A stretch of DNA of 64,000 nt from Sulfurimonadaceae bacterium (GTDB lineage: Bacteria; Campylobacterota; Campylobacteria; Campylobacterales; Sulfurimonadaceae), in the NCBI GenBank assembly GCA_041571435.1, contig JBFFUI010000001.1:1-64000 (forward strand), read 5' to 3'. Below the pieces are notes generated by a model, which saw only the letters and a list, made by a program, of their open reading frames with translations, was not told the origin of the DNA and did no database searches. Positions 27,946 through 38,204 of this stretch are shown here, piece by piece (position 1 is the first letter of the stretch; every line of letters begins with the position of its first letter). The position numbers were made by a program, and so were the translations under genes.

Positions 27946-29169
27946 TTACTTAAGGTTTACTTTCGGCGTCTCACGATCGTAATGACGTCGGGCATGACAC
28001 GCCGGTGCACACGAACCGCCTGTCGGTGTCTCGATATAACGGATCGGAAAGTCGATCTTGCCAAAGTGTGTCTTTTTGCGAAGGTGGTGCGGGTACTCTT
28101 TTGTACCATGGAAATCGTGACAGGCACGACATGTACGTCCTTTCTCTCTATCAACATGGACAAAGTGCATGTTTTTGTCGCCATTTCTAAAGTTGGTTGC
28201 AGTAAGCGTCTTTTCATCCTTGATCTTTTCGGGTTCATGACACTCGAAACAGATATAGTTCTTTTCATCGAATTTCTGATAGAAACTTCTCGGGAACGGT
28301 TTTTTAAGCATCCTCAGGTTGTTCGACCCGTGAGGATTGTGACAGGCGGCACAGTCACCCCAGAGAATCGGACCGTGCCAATCCGGGTTTTGCTCCAGAT
28401 GCTTCGCCATATTGGCCAGTTTATGCCCCTCTTCGTCTGTTGTCAGACTTTGATTGTGACAGCTTAGACAAAGATCTTTGGCCGTGTCTTTGACCAGGAA
28501 CTTTGGATTTTCGGAACCGTGGGGGTCATGGCACTCAAGACATTTACGCGGACGATTCAGTGCCCCATGTTTTGCCGTGACCGTATTGATCCATACCTCT
28601 TTGTCCGTATGACACATGACACAGAGGTCTTTCTTGCCGTCAGCCTTAAGCTGGTACTGGTGGTCCTCTGTATGCGGATCATGGCAGTTCGTACATTGGT
28701 CTTTAACCGGCGGGTGGATGTTGCTCGTCTTTTTCAGGAACTCGCCTTTTGCCTGGTGGCACGAGGTACAAAGCTCGTTGATACTTGATGCGACCAGCAG
28801 TTTAGCATTGTCCGATTCATGCGGATTATGACACGCCGTACACGCACCTGCTGCTACCGGCCCGTGAACGAACTTTTTGTCCCCCTTTTCTCCATGACAC
28901 ATGACACAAAGTTCAGGTGGTTCCATGACCAGTTCTACACCGCCTTTTGGATCCGTATGACAAACGGTACAGTCACCCCATTCGTATGGAGGGTGCACCA
29001 CTTTTTTCGGTGCACGCAACGCTGTCCCGAAAAACTTTTCATCCTCGGTCAGTACGACCTCTTTTGCTGCAGATGCATTTGTCTCAACCGATGCTGCTGC
29101 AAAAAGGTTTGAAGACAACAGCAGTAACCCCGCCCATTTTCCGATAGCACACATATATCTGTTTTTCAA
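27946..29169 (-). CDS. ~12-heme periplasmic cytochrome c (doubled-CxxCH type)
   Basis: 11 CxxCH plus terminal CX3CH (CAPACH); repeated HGP...CxxCHxPH-S units. Confidence 0.88.
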   Translation of the reverse strand: MKNRYMCAIGKWAGLLLLSSNLFAAASVETNASAAKEVVLTEDEKFFGTALRAPKKVVHPPYEWGDCTVCHTDPKGGVELVMEPPELCVMCHGEKGDKKFVHGPVAAGACTACHNPHESDNAKLLVASSINELCTSCHQAKGEFLKKTSNIHPPVKDQCTNCHDPHTEDHQYQLKADGKKDLCVMCHTDKEVWINTVTAKHGALNRPRKCLECHDPHGSENPKFLVKDTAKDLCLSCHNQSLTTDEEGHKLANMAKHLEQNPDWHGPILWGDCAACHNPHGSNNLRMLKKPFPRSFYQKFDEKNYICFECHEPEKIKDEKTLTATNFRNGDKNMHFVHVDREKGRTCRACHDFHGTKEYPHHLRKKTHFGKIDFPIRYIETPTGGSCAPACHARRHYDRETPKVNLK

Positions 29170-29235
29170 TTGTTTCCCTTAATCTTTAAATCTCGTTGAC
29201 ATCTCATTCTGAGGAGAAGCACTCTCTCATTTGTC

Positions 29236-29580
29236 TTATAACGGACGATCAGAAGCGGCGATAATGTACTCAGCCAATGCGCGCATGTCCTCTTCGAACA
29301 GTGTACGTATTTTGATTAGTTGCGGGGCCATTACAGAGGCGCGTGTCGGGTCAATGATCGCACTGCCTTGTCCCTGAAGATACGGAACCAATGTGCTCTC
29401 CTTGCCTGCATAACCGATGGCAATTGTCTTTAGAGAAGGCCCGATTGTGTCAAAATCCGGTTTATGGCACATTGCACACCCTTTCTCTTCAAAAATCGTT
29501 TTACCCTGCTCGTTTTCTGCAAAAGCACTACTGATCAAGAACGTTGCTGCCAATGATAAACCCAATATTAACTTTTTCAT
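29236..29580 (-). CDS. Monoheme class I cytochrome c
   Basis: Signal peptide, KGCAMCH...IGPSL, distal Met (VMAPQ). Confidence 0.9.
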   Translation of the reverse strand: MKKLILGLSLAATFLISSAFAENEQGKTIFEEKGCAMCHKPDFDTIGPSLKTIAIGYAGKESTLVPYLQGQGSAIIDPTRASVMAPQLIKIRTLFEEDMRALAEYIIAASDRPL

Positions 29581-29869
29581 CTATATTCCCTTTGTAAGAT
29601 AACATCTTATTTTCTATACTAACATAAATAATTTTCGGTTTTGATTAAGCTTTAGTTATATCTCGATTCTCAGAACGGCCCTATCTATAAAGGCTTTTCA
29701 GGGTCTCAGTCAGAGACTTTCTAAAATATGTCGATGATTTCTTAAGAATGAAAGAGGGGATGATCAATTTCGATGGAATATGAAAATCAAGAGAGAAGTG
29801 GTCTGCAGTAAGATAGGTATCTCCCTGCGTTTCGACCGGGGCAATAGTAGAGTGCCGGATCAGACTGTT

Positions 29870-31153
29870 TTAGTCGTCGCAATCCACACAGACACGCTTT
29901 TGCAGCTCTTTTTTGTAGGAATTGATATCGAAATGGCTTTGCGTACTTGATCTGCTATGAAGCGCCGCAGCGGCAACGGCCGAAGAGACTTCAACGATAA
30001 GGCGTCTGTCAAAAGGTTTGGGGATCAGGTAATCACGTCCGAACGTTATCTCCGTGCCATACAGGTCGTTGATATACGCCGGCACCTCTTGACGTGCAAG
30101 GTTGGCGAGGGCTTCCGAGGCCGCTACCTTCATCTCCATATTGATCTTTTTGGCACGTACATCGATGGCCCCTCGAAAGATAAACGGGAAACCAAGGACG
30201 TTGTTGACCTGGTTGGGAAAGTCACTTCTTCCGGTTGCGATGATCGCGTCCGGACGTACTTCGGCCACCTCTTCCGGGAACATCTCGGGGGTCGGGTTGG
30301 CAAGCGTAAAGACAATAGGATCTTTACGCATACGTTTAATGTCTTCTGCACCGAAGGTACCCGGTCGCGAAAGTCCGACGACAACGTCGGCATCGGTGAA
30401 TGCCTCCTCCTGGTTCGTCTCTACCTGAAGCGAGAACTCCTGCTTGTACTCGTTTAGATCATTACGTCCGTTGTGGATCACCCCTTTCGAGTCGATCATA
30501 ACAATCGTTTTGACCCCCATATGACGATAGAGACGGCCACAGGAGATAGCCGCGGCACCGGCACCCACGATCACCACACGGATATCGGATATCTTGCGTT
30601 CCGTGATACGGCAGGCGTTCATGATTGCCGCTGCAGAGATCACCGCGGTACCGTGTTGATCGTCATGCATCACGGGGATATCAAGCGCTTCGACAAGACG
30701 TTTTTCGATCTCGAAACACTCCGGTGCTTTTATGTCCTCAAGGTTGATCCCGCCAAATGTCGGCGCGATCGCTTCGACAACATTGCAAAAACGGGTAATG
30801 TCCTTGGTGTCGACTTCAATGTCATACGCATCAAGATCACTGAACTTTTTGAAAAGGATCGCTTTACCTTCCATGACCGGCTTTGACGCCAGCGGACCGA
30901 TGTCCCCGAGACCAAGCACTGCCGTACCGTTAGAGATAACACCGACAAGATTGGCTTTAGCGGTATAGCGGTAGGCTTTTTCGGCGTCCTCTTCGATGTG
31001 CAGACAAGGTACGGCAACGCCCGGCGTGTAGGCAAGACTAAGGTCTTTCTGAGAATGGAACGACTTCGTCACTTCCGTTGCGATCTTACCGGGCCGTTCC
31101 CCCTCATGGTAGTCCAATGCTTCTTGTGCAAACGTTCCTTCTCTGATGCTCAT
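29870..31153 (-). CDS. maeB: NAD(P)-dependent malic enzyme
   Basis: LAYTPGVA, NGTAVLGLGDIG, INLEDI, HDDQHGTA, GAGAAA, NQVNN; lacks the PTA domain. Confidence 0.9.
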   Translation of the reverse strand: MSIREGTFAQEALDYHEGERPGKIATEVTKSFHSQKDLSLAYTPGVAVPCLHIEEDAEKAYRYTAKANLVGVISNGTAVLGLGDIGPLASKPVMEGKAILFKKFSDLDAYDIEVDTKDITRFCNVVEAIAPTFGGINLEDIKAPECFEIEKRLVEALDIPVMHDDQHGTAVISAAAIMNACRITERKISDIRVVIVGAGAAAISCGRLYRHMGVKTIVMIDSKGVIHNGRNDLNEYKQEFSLQVETNQEEAFTDADVVVGLSRPGTFGAEDIKRMRKDPIVFTLANPTPEMFPEEVAEVRPDAIIATGRSDFPNQVNNVLGFPFIFRGAIDVRAKKINMEMKVAASEALANLARQEVPAYINDLYGTEITFGRDYLIPKPFDRRLIVEVSSAVAAAALHSRSSTQSHFDINSYKKELQKRVCVDCDD

Positions 31154-31168
31154 CTTCTCTTCCTCTTG

Positions 31169-32557
31169 TTATGAAAGCGTCTCTACCGCTTTTTTGATGC
31201 GTGCTATCGTCTCATCCTTGCCGATGATCGCCATCACGCTGTCCATACCGGGACCGCCCATCGCACCCAAAAGGGCAACACGCAGCGGCATACCGATCTT
31301 TCCGAAACCGATCTCCATCTCCCCGACAAGCTCTTCCATCTGCTGATGATAGTCTGATGGCAAGTGAAGTTCTGATGCACCCTCCAGTTTTGTGACAAAT
31401 GCTTCCAAAACAGCGACAGCGTCGCTTTTGAATGCTTTCTTGACCGCTTTTTCATCATAAGAGGCCGGTGCTTCGATAATACCCGGGATCATCTCGGCCA
31501 GCTCTTTCATGTTTTTGGCACGCTCTTTGAGTGCGTCAAGCAGAATCTCTTTCTTGTCATGACCGTGAATATCCACGCCGTAATCATGCAGCAATGTCGC
31601 CAAATCTGTATTGGCACTGTTCTTTATGTAGTGGGCATTAAGCCAGTCCAGTTTCTCCACGTTGTAGATCGAAGCCGACTTGTTGATATTGGACGGATCA
31701 AACAGCTCCAGCATCTCTGCCATGCTGAAGATCTCCTGATCGCCGTAACTCCAACCCAGACGGACCAAAAAGTTCAACAGTGCTTGGGGCAGGTACCCCA
31801 TCTCTTTATAGGCCATAACATCGGTTGCACCATCACGTTTTGACAGTTTTTTCCCGCTGGCGTTGTGGATCATCGGTACATGATAGAACTTTGGCAGTGT
31901 AAACCCGAGCGCCTCATAGACGACCATCTGTTTTGGTGTGTTTGAGAGGTGATCATCCCCACGGATCACCTCGTTGATCCCCATCAATGCATCATCGATC
32001 GCGACGACAAAGTTATAGGTAGGCGAACCGTCGGCACGTGCGATGATAAAGTCATCCAGAATATCCTCTGCCTGAAAACTGACACGGCCCTTGATACCGT
32101 CTTCGATGACGATCTCGCCTGTCTGCGGTGCTTTAATGCGGATGACCGGTTCGACCCCCTTCGGCGGCGTCCCCTCAAAATCACGGTAGCGTCCGTCATA
32201 ACGGGTACGCTCTTTGTTGGCCATCTGCGTCTCCCGCAGTTCGGCCAGCTCATCTTTAGTCATATAGCAGCGGTACGCCTTGCCTTCGTCAAGCAGCTGT
32301 TGTACATATTTTGCATAGATCTCATCGCGCTGAGATTGATAGGTGATCTCACCGTCGTGTTCCAAACCGACCCATTTAAATGCTTCCACGATTGCCTTGG
32401 CCGCCTCCTCTGAGTTGCGGCTTTTGTCCGTGTCTTCAATACGCAAAACAAATTGACCACCATTACGACGTGCCCAAAGATAAGATAAGAGTGCTGTTCT
32501 AAGACCTCCGATATGTAAGTAGCCTGTCGGGCTCGGAGCAAAACGTGTCACAACCAT
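31169..32557 (-). CDS. gltX: Glutamate--tRNA ligase
   Basis: TRFAPSPTGYLHIGG, LRIEDTD, KLSKR. Confidence 0.97.
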   Translation of the reverse strand: MVVTRFAPSPTGYLHIGGLRTALLSYLWARRNGGQFVLRIEDTDKSRNSEEAAKAIVEAFKWVGLEHDGEITYQSQRDEIYAKYVQQLLDEGKAYRCYMTKDELAELRETQMANKERTRYDGRYRDFEGTPPKGVEPVIRIKAPQTGEIVIEDGIKGRVSFQAEDILDDFIIARADGSPTYNFVVAIDDALMGINEVIRGDDHLSNTPKQMVVYEALGFTLPKFYHVPMIHNASGKKLSKRDGATDVMAYKEMGYLPQALLNFLVRLGWSYGDQEIFSMAEMLELFDPSNINKSASIYNVEKLDWLNAHYIKNSANTDLATLLHDYGVDIHGHDKKEILLDALKERAKNMKELAEMIPGIIEAPASYDEKAVKKAFKSDAVAVLEAFVTKLEGASELHLPSDYHQQMEELVGEMEIGFGKIGMPLRVALLGAMGGPGMDSVMAIIGKDETIARIKKAVETLS

Positions 32558-32695
32558 AGTTGACCTTTACAGTAATGTCGAAACATCACAAAAATTGATC
32601 TGAATTCTAACAAAAGTGCGCTTTAAAAGCAGAGTCTCTTGTAGCATTATATTAAAGTAGGTAAAATACGCCCAATATCATCCAAGTGAGCACTT

Positions 32696-33532
32696 TTGAA
32701 ATACCTACTTCCCTTACTTTTGTTTATCACTCTACATGCCGAGACTGTTGATGGTATCGCGATCATGGTCAAAGACCAGCCTATCACGCTTTATGACATT
32801 TCCGAAGCGATGCAAGAGCACAACATTCCCCAAGAGCAGGCAGTCGAACTTCTGGAGCGCAAGAAACTCGAAGAGATAGAGATCAAAGAGCGCCATATCA
32901 CGGCATCCAAACAGGAAGTTTTCGACGACATCCAACGCATGGCCGAACAGAACCATATGAGCGTTATTGAACTCTATTCGGCTATTCAGAGCTCACAAGG
33001 CCTCAGTGAGGCAAAACTCAAGGAAAAGATCGAAGAGAAGATCCTGAACCAAAAGCTCTACAGTGCCATCGCCTTTTCCCACCTTGAGCAGCCGAACGAT
33101 GATGAGATCGACGAGTATTACAGACTCCACCTAGAAGAGTTTCAAAAGCCCGATTCGTTTGATGTCCTTCTCTACCTCTGCCCGGACAAGAACCGTCTTC
33201 AAGAGAAGATCGATAACCCGATGTTCTATTCACCGGATGTGACCAGTGAAGCGCACACGTTCAAAACAGCTGAGATGAACCCCCGTTTAGCCGAGCTGCT
33301 GAACGGAACATCGCTGAACAGTTTTACCCCGATCCTTCCCTCACCAAACGGCGGTTTTATGAGCTTTTACCTAAAGGGAAAAGGGGCAAGCAATACGCCT
33401 GATCTTGAAACGATCCGACCACAAATATCAAATGCACTTATGGCGCAAAAGCGCGAGACTATTCTAAAAGACTATTTTGATCGTCAGCGGCTCAATGCTG
33501 AGATCAAGGTGATCCGCCTGCCACGTAACTAG
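32696..33532 (+). CDS. SurA-like periplasmic chaperone
   Basis: VDGIAIMVKDQPITLYDI N-terminus typical of Campylobacterota SurA-like proteins. Confidence 0.7.
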   Translation: MKYLLPLLLFITLHAETVDGIAIMVKDQPITLYDISEAMQEHNIPQEQAVELLERKKLEEIEIKERHITASKQEVFDDIQRMAEQNHMSVIELYSAIQSSQGLSEAKLKEKIEEKILNQKLYSAIAFSHLEQPNDDEIDEYYRLHLEEFQKPDSFDVLLYLCPDKNRLQEKIDNPMFYSPDVTSEAHTFKTAEMNPRLAELLNGTSLNSFTPILPSPNGGFMSFYLKGKGASNTPDLETIRPQISNALMAQKRETILKDYFDRQRLNAEIKVIRLPRN

Positions 33533-33708
33533 TCTCATCGCTTTCACTTTTCTGAATAACGTCGTCATGCCGTCATTCATCTGCTTCTATGCAAACAATC
33601 AAAAGAACAGCAAACGTAAAAAAATTATGATTTCCGGGTCTGACCCGGTAGGAAATAGAAAGTAAAGGTTAAACAGCTCAGGAGCCCGTCCCTCGCTGTG
33701 TTGGAGCG

Positions 33709-35049
33709 TTAGCCCTTGTAGTTCTCTAGATACTTCGTATCGAAGTTATTGTTGATGAAGTCAGGGTTCTTCATCATCTTTTTGTGGAAATCGATCGTCG
33801 TACGGATGCCCTCGATCTTAAATTCGCTCAATGCGCGGTGCATACGTGCGACCGCCTGCTCGCGAGTGTCTGCTTTGACGATCAGCTTACCGATCATAGA
33901 GTCATACGTTGATGGTACCGTGTAACCAGCGTGGGCGTGTGTATCGATACGTACACCCAGACCACCCGGCGCAACCCACTCTTTGATCGTACCCGGAGAC
34001 GGCAAGAAACGCACCGAGTCTTCTGCAGAGATACGACACTCTATAGAGTGCCCGTGGAATTTGATACTCTCTTGTGACGGAAGCTCTTCGCCCTCAGCAA
34101 CACGGATCATCCACTCGATAAGATCAAGTCCGCTCACCTCTTCAGAAACAGTGTGCTCGACCTGAAGACGTGTGTTCATCTCCATAAAGTAGAAGTCGAG
34201 GTTTTTGTCAAGAAGGAACTCAAATGTTCCCGCACCTTCATACTTGATGAACTGTGTTGCACGAACTGCTGCAGCGTGAAGACGTTTACGCACGTCAGGA
34301 GTCAGTACATTTGCCGGCGACTCTTCGATCAGTTTTTGGTGACGACGCTGCATTGAACAGTCACGCTCACCGACATGGATAACGTTACCGTGGCTGTCTG
34401 CCATGACCTGTACTTCGATGTGACGCGGTGCTTCAATGAACTTCTCCATATAGATAGTACCGTCGCCAAATGCGGTGATCGCTTCAGACTCAGCTGCCAA
34501 AAAGGCGTTTCTAAGTTCTTCTTCTCTCTCAACAACACGCATACCGCGTCCGCCGCCGCCTTGTGCCGCTTTCAAGATAACCGGATAACCGACCACTTTG
34601 GCACGCTCAGCAGCATCTGCGATGTCGTGAATCGCGCCATCAGAACCCGGTACAACGGGAACCTTCGCAGCGATCATGACATCTTTCGCTTTGGACTTGT
34701 CCGCCATCATCTCCATTACCGCTACAGTCGGTCCAATGAACTTGATACCGTGATGCGTACAGATCTCAACAAAAGTCTGGTTCTCACTCAAAAAACCGTA
34801 TCCAGGGAAGATCGCATCACAATTACTGATCTCGGCAGCAGAAATGATCGCCGGAATATTCAGGTAACTCTCAGAGCTTGGCGCCTTACCGATACAGATC
34901 GATGCATCCGCAAGATTGAGGTATTCAGAACCTTCATCACCTTTAGAGTAGACAGCAACAGCCTCTTTACCCATCTCTTTAATGGTGCGGATAGCACGAA
35001 GAGCGATCTCTCCGCGATTCGCAACTAAGATTCGTTTGATCTCAGCCAT
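33709..35049 (-). CDS. accC: Acetyl-CoA carboxylase, biotin carboxylase subunit
   Basis: ILVANRGEIA, PGYGFLSEN, GGGGRGM, FMEMNTRLQVEH. Confidence 0.97.
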   Translation of the reverse strand: MAEIKRILVANRGEIALRAIRTIKEMGKEAVAVYSKGDEGSEYLNLADASICIGKAPSSESYLNIPAIISAAEISNCDAIFPGYGFLSENQTFVEICTHHGIKFIGPTVAVMEMMADKSKAKDVMIAAKVPVVPGSDGAIHDIADAAERAKVVGYPVILKAAQGGGGRGMRVVEREEELRNAFLAAESEAITAFGDGTIYMEKFIEAPRHIEVQVMADSHGNVIHVGERDCSMQRRHQKLIEESPANVLTPDVRKRLHAAAVRATQFIKYEGAGTFEFLLDKNLDFYFMEMNTRLQVEHTVSEEVSGLDLIEWMIRVAEGEELPSQESIKFHGHSIECRISAEDSVRFLPSPGTIKEWVAPGGLGVRIDTHAHAGYTVPSTYDSMIGKLIVKADTREQAVARMHRALSEFKIEGIRTTIDFHKKMMKNPDFINNNFDTKYLENYKG

Positions 35050-35051
35050 AT

Positions 35052-35504
35052 TTAGATCTTCTCTACGACAAACAGTGGCATATCGTACTCAACGGCCTGA
35101 CCGTCAACAACAAGGATCTCAACGATTTTACAATCAAACTCTGCTTCCAGCTCATTCATAATCTTCATCGCTTCAAGAACAGCGACCGCTTGACCTTTTT
35201 TGACCGTATCCCCAACTTTAACAAACGGAGCCGAGTCTGGTGATGGTGCTGCATAGAATGTACCCACCATTGGAGAATCAATCGTATCACCACTGATCGC
35301 TGCTGCAGCCGGTGCCGGAGATGCAGCTGGTGCTGCCACTGGAGCTGCTGCAACAGGTGCCGCTGCTACTGCTTGAACCGGTGCTGCGACAAGACCTGTT
35401 GCTTTTTCCATCTCGATCTCAAATCCATCTTTATTGATTTTGATCTTTGAAAGACCGCTTTCGTCAAACTTAGTGATAAGTGAGTTAATTTGCTTCATTT
35501 CCAT
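35052..35504 (-). CDS. accB: Biotin carboxyl carrier protein
   Basis: SPMVGTFY, EAMKIMNE, Ala/Pro linker. Confidence 0.97.
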   Translation of the reverse strand: MEMKQINSLITKFDESGLSKIKINKDGFEIEMEKATGLVAAPVQAVAAAPVAAAPVAAPAASPAPAAAAISGDTIDSPMVGTFYAAPSPDSAPFVKVGDTVKKGQAVAVLEAMKIMNELEAEFDCKIVEILVVDGQAVEYDMPLFVVEKI

Positions 35505-35687
35505 AGTTAAAGGCTCCTAAATAGCTTCTAAACACCTTTGCCTCCCTTATAAAGGGGCGCAAGTGCTCTTAAATTTATTGCGATATAATAGCACAAATCA
35601 TATTAATAGAAGTAATGTTTGCTTCTCAGTATACTTTAAAACAAGATCTGTTTTTTACAGATTTACACAGATGAAAAAGGAACAAAC

Positions 35688-36248
35688 TTGGGTTTAAAAG
35701 CTGATACATGGATTCGGGAACAGGCACTTGAAAATGGAATGATCTCTCCTTTTTGTGAAGATCAGGTGGGCAAAGGCGTTGTCTCTTACGGATTGAGTTC
35801 ATACGGGTATGACATTCGTGTCAGCAATGAGTTCAAAATCTTTACCAATCTAAACTCAACAGTCGTTGATCCGAAGCACTTTGATGATGCCAATGTCGTG
35901 GATTTTGAGGGGGACGTTTGTATTGTTCCACCAAACTCATTTGCCTTGGCGCGCACGGTCGAATACTTCAAGATCCCTCGTGACGTTCTTGCGATCTGTC
36001 TGGGCAAATCGACGTACGCCCGCTGTGGTATCATAGTCAATGTCACCCCGTTCGAACCGGAGTTCGAAGGGCATATTACCATTGAGATCTCAAACACAAC
36101 ACCGCTTCCGGCAAAGATCTATGCCAATGAGGGAATCGCACAGGTCCTTTTCCTCCAGGGGGATGAAAATTGTGAGACAAGCTATAAAGACAAAAAAGGT
36201 AAATATCACGGTCAAGAGGGTATCACCTTGCCAAGGATCTTGAAATAA
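35688..36248 (+). CDS. dcd: dCTP deaminase
   Basis: [30 protein letters not shown]. Confidence 0.95.
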   Translation: MGLKADTWIREQALENGMISPFCEDQVGKGVVSYGLSSYGYDIRVSNEFKIFTNLNSTVVDPKHFDDANVVDFEGDVCIVPPNSFALARTVEYFKIPRDVLAICLGKSTYARCGIIVNVTPFEPEFEGHITIEISNTTPLPAKIYANEGIAQVLFLQGDENCETSYKDKKGKYHGQEGITLPRILK

Positions 36249-36283
36249 GACCCCTGGGCAAAGCGCTTTTAGAGCTCTTCTTT

Positions 36284-36643
36284 TTGGGCGGCGTCTTGCT
36301 GCCTCTTCTTATCAGTTTTACCGACATTACCCTGCGCATCACTCTACAAGATGAGCTCCCTGCAGATATCGTCCTCGTTGTCAGTTTTTTCCTGCTGCTC
36401 GTGCTATATACATTGGGTTACCGTTCGCTTTGGAGATGGATACTGAAAAGACATCAGACCGACACTACAAAACTGCTCGAACTGGGTACGCTTTCGATCG
36501 TATTCAGCGATCTTCTCATCTATGCCTCGCTCTATCAACAGGGTAATACGCTCTCCAATCTTATCTGGCTTGTTTTCTATCTTGTTTTAATCGCACTCTT
36601 TTATCTTTTGGGAAAGCGAAGTATCAAACAACTAGCGATATAA
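36284..36643 (+). CDS. Hypothetical membrane protein
   Basis: Hydrophobic segments; start uncertain. Confidence 0.5.
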   Translation: MGGVLLPLLISFTDITLRITLQDELPADIVLVVSFFLLLVLYTLGYRSLWRWILKRHQTDTTKLLELGTLSIVFSDLLIYASLYQQGNTLSNLIWLVFYLVLIALFYLLGKRSIKQLAI

Positions 36644-36674
36644 TTTCACATTCACACTACAGAAGGAAAGATCG

Positions 36675-36905
36675 ATGTTACACGAATACAGAGATATTAT
36701 TACACACATGAAAGAAAATGAAGCGGACAACGCTCACTTTTTACACATTTTTGACAAGCACAATGCACTTGACGATCAAATTGTTGCCGGTGAAAAAGGG
36801 ACAATGACAGACGTTGAGCTGGAAAAACTTAAAAAAGAGAAGCTTCTTTTAAAAGATGAAGCCTATGCTATCTTGATGAAATACAAACAAGAGCACAACC
36901 TTTAA
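36675..36905 (+). CDS. DUF465/YdcH family protein
   Basis: MLHEYRD...HFxxIFDKHNALD...LKKEKLLLKDE. Confidence 0.85.
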   Translation: MLHEYRDIITHMKENEADNAHFLHIFDKHNALDDQIVAGEKGTMTDVELEKLKKEKLLLKDEAYAILMKYKQEHNL

Positions 36906-36935
36906 TCCTATTGCGGTGCATCTGCACCGTATTTT

Positions 36936-37289
36936 CTACCCTTTTAGAAAATCAACCACCTTTTCAGGCGGTCTTCCTATCACGGCTTTATCACCTTTGA
37001 TGACAATCGGACGCTCAATCAGTTTCGGAAAACGGCTCATCGCACGGATCAGCACCCCCTCATCTTCGACATCGGCGAGATTTAACTCTTTGAATTTATC
37101 TTCTTTGGTGCGCATCAGCTCTTTGGCATGAATACCCAGCTTTTTGAGCACATCTTTGATAGCCTCTTCATCCGGTTCAGCCTCAAGGTATTTCACCACA
37201 TCAGCTTCCACTCCGTTCTCCTCCAAAAGCTTCATCGCCTCTCTTGATTTTGAACATCGTGGGTTATGCCAAATTTGAATTTCGCTCAT
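36936..37289 (-). CDS. arsC: Arsenate reductase (glutaredoxin) / ArsC family
   Basis: HNPRCSKSR, LIERPIV, IGRPPE. Confidence 0.9.
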   Translation of the reverse strand: MSEIQIWHNPRCSKSREAMKLLEENGVEADVVKYLEAEPDEEAIKDVLKKLGIHAKELMRTKEDKFKELNLADVEDEGVLIRAMSRFPKLIERPIVIKGDKAVIGRPPEKVVDFLKG

Positions 37290-37411
37290 TATAATCTCCT
37301 GATATTTTTAAAAATAATAACAGAGTCGCTATAAAAAGCTGTCTTGTTTTTGGTATCGTAGAAAAAGATTAAGAAAAAAGTTGCGTCTTGCGGAGAGCCT
37401 CCGCATGCGTA

Positions 37412-37993
37412 TTAGTCTTCGATGCTGGAGACTTTTCTGTTGGTGAAGTGATAAATAATCTTGTCTGACACGTAACCGCGTTGAAACTTCCAGTACGTCC
37501 AACTATTTTGTTCCAGACTTGGCGTGGCGTGTGCCGGCGGATACCCTTGCGCAAGAACGACCGCCTCTTTGCGCATCCCGACTTCGACTCTGCCCGCTTT
37601 GATAGCAGCCTGCTCTTGTGCTGTGAACTTGGAGAGGTCCACTTCCTTGCCGGCAAAGTAACGGTCGAGCATCTGATCCATGTTGGTTTTTGAATGTCTT
37701 GGACTGTTTCTAAGATAATAACGTTTGTCATTGTAGGTAAAAGCAATTTGTCTGGAGTTAATGTCTTCGTAAAAGATGACGCTGTTAACCGGAATAGGAA
37801 AGCCCAGCGTATAGTTCAATGTCGAAAGCCCGCTGCCCTGTGCTAACATAGTATGCTGCGTATACATTTTTGCATGTTCGCTGACCTGTTTCTGGTGCGC
37901 AGGGTTAACAGCTGCCCCGCCACAACCGCTAAAGCCGAAGCCCATCAAGCCGATAATACTGCCTAAAAAAACCTGTTTGACAACGTAGTTCAT
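37412..37993 (-). CDS. Hypothetical lipoprotein
   Basis: Lipobox FSGC; GMRKEAVVLAQGYPP (BamE/SmpA-like tail); start 37993 or 38020. Confidence 0.65.
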   Translation of the reverse strand: MNYVVKQVFLGSIIGLMGFGFSGCGGAAVNPAHQKQVSEHAKMYTQHTMLAQGSGLSTLNYTLGFPIPVNSVIFYEDINSRQIAFTYNDKRYYLRNSPRHSKTNMDQMLDRYFAGKEVDLSKFTAQEQAAIKAGRVEVGMRKEAVVLAQGYPPAHATPSLEQNSWTYWKFQRGYVSDKIIYHFTNRKVSSIED

Positions 37994-38204
37994 TTCATTC
38001 CTTGGTTTCATAAATTTCAATAATGTACAACAAAAATCATTTTATCAATGTTAAATTATCCTCTGAAATACTCCGCAACATTCAAAAGCTACTCTTTTCG
38101 TCTCCAGACAAAACCTTTCGGATACTGCCGCTTTCGCATCAACACCGTGGAAAGCGCGTTAACAAGCCAGAAGCATTACCTATGATATAAACAGGCCCGC
38201 ACGC

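Noticed and set aside
15264-29169. Calling the locus MtrCAB, OmcS/OmcZ, NrfA or Hao
   Set aside because: No adjacent decaheme MtrA-MtrB pair, no CxxCK, and heme counts and motifs fit OmcE rather than hexaheme OmcS or octaheme OmcZ
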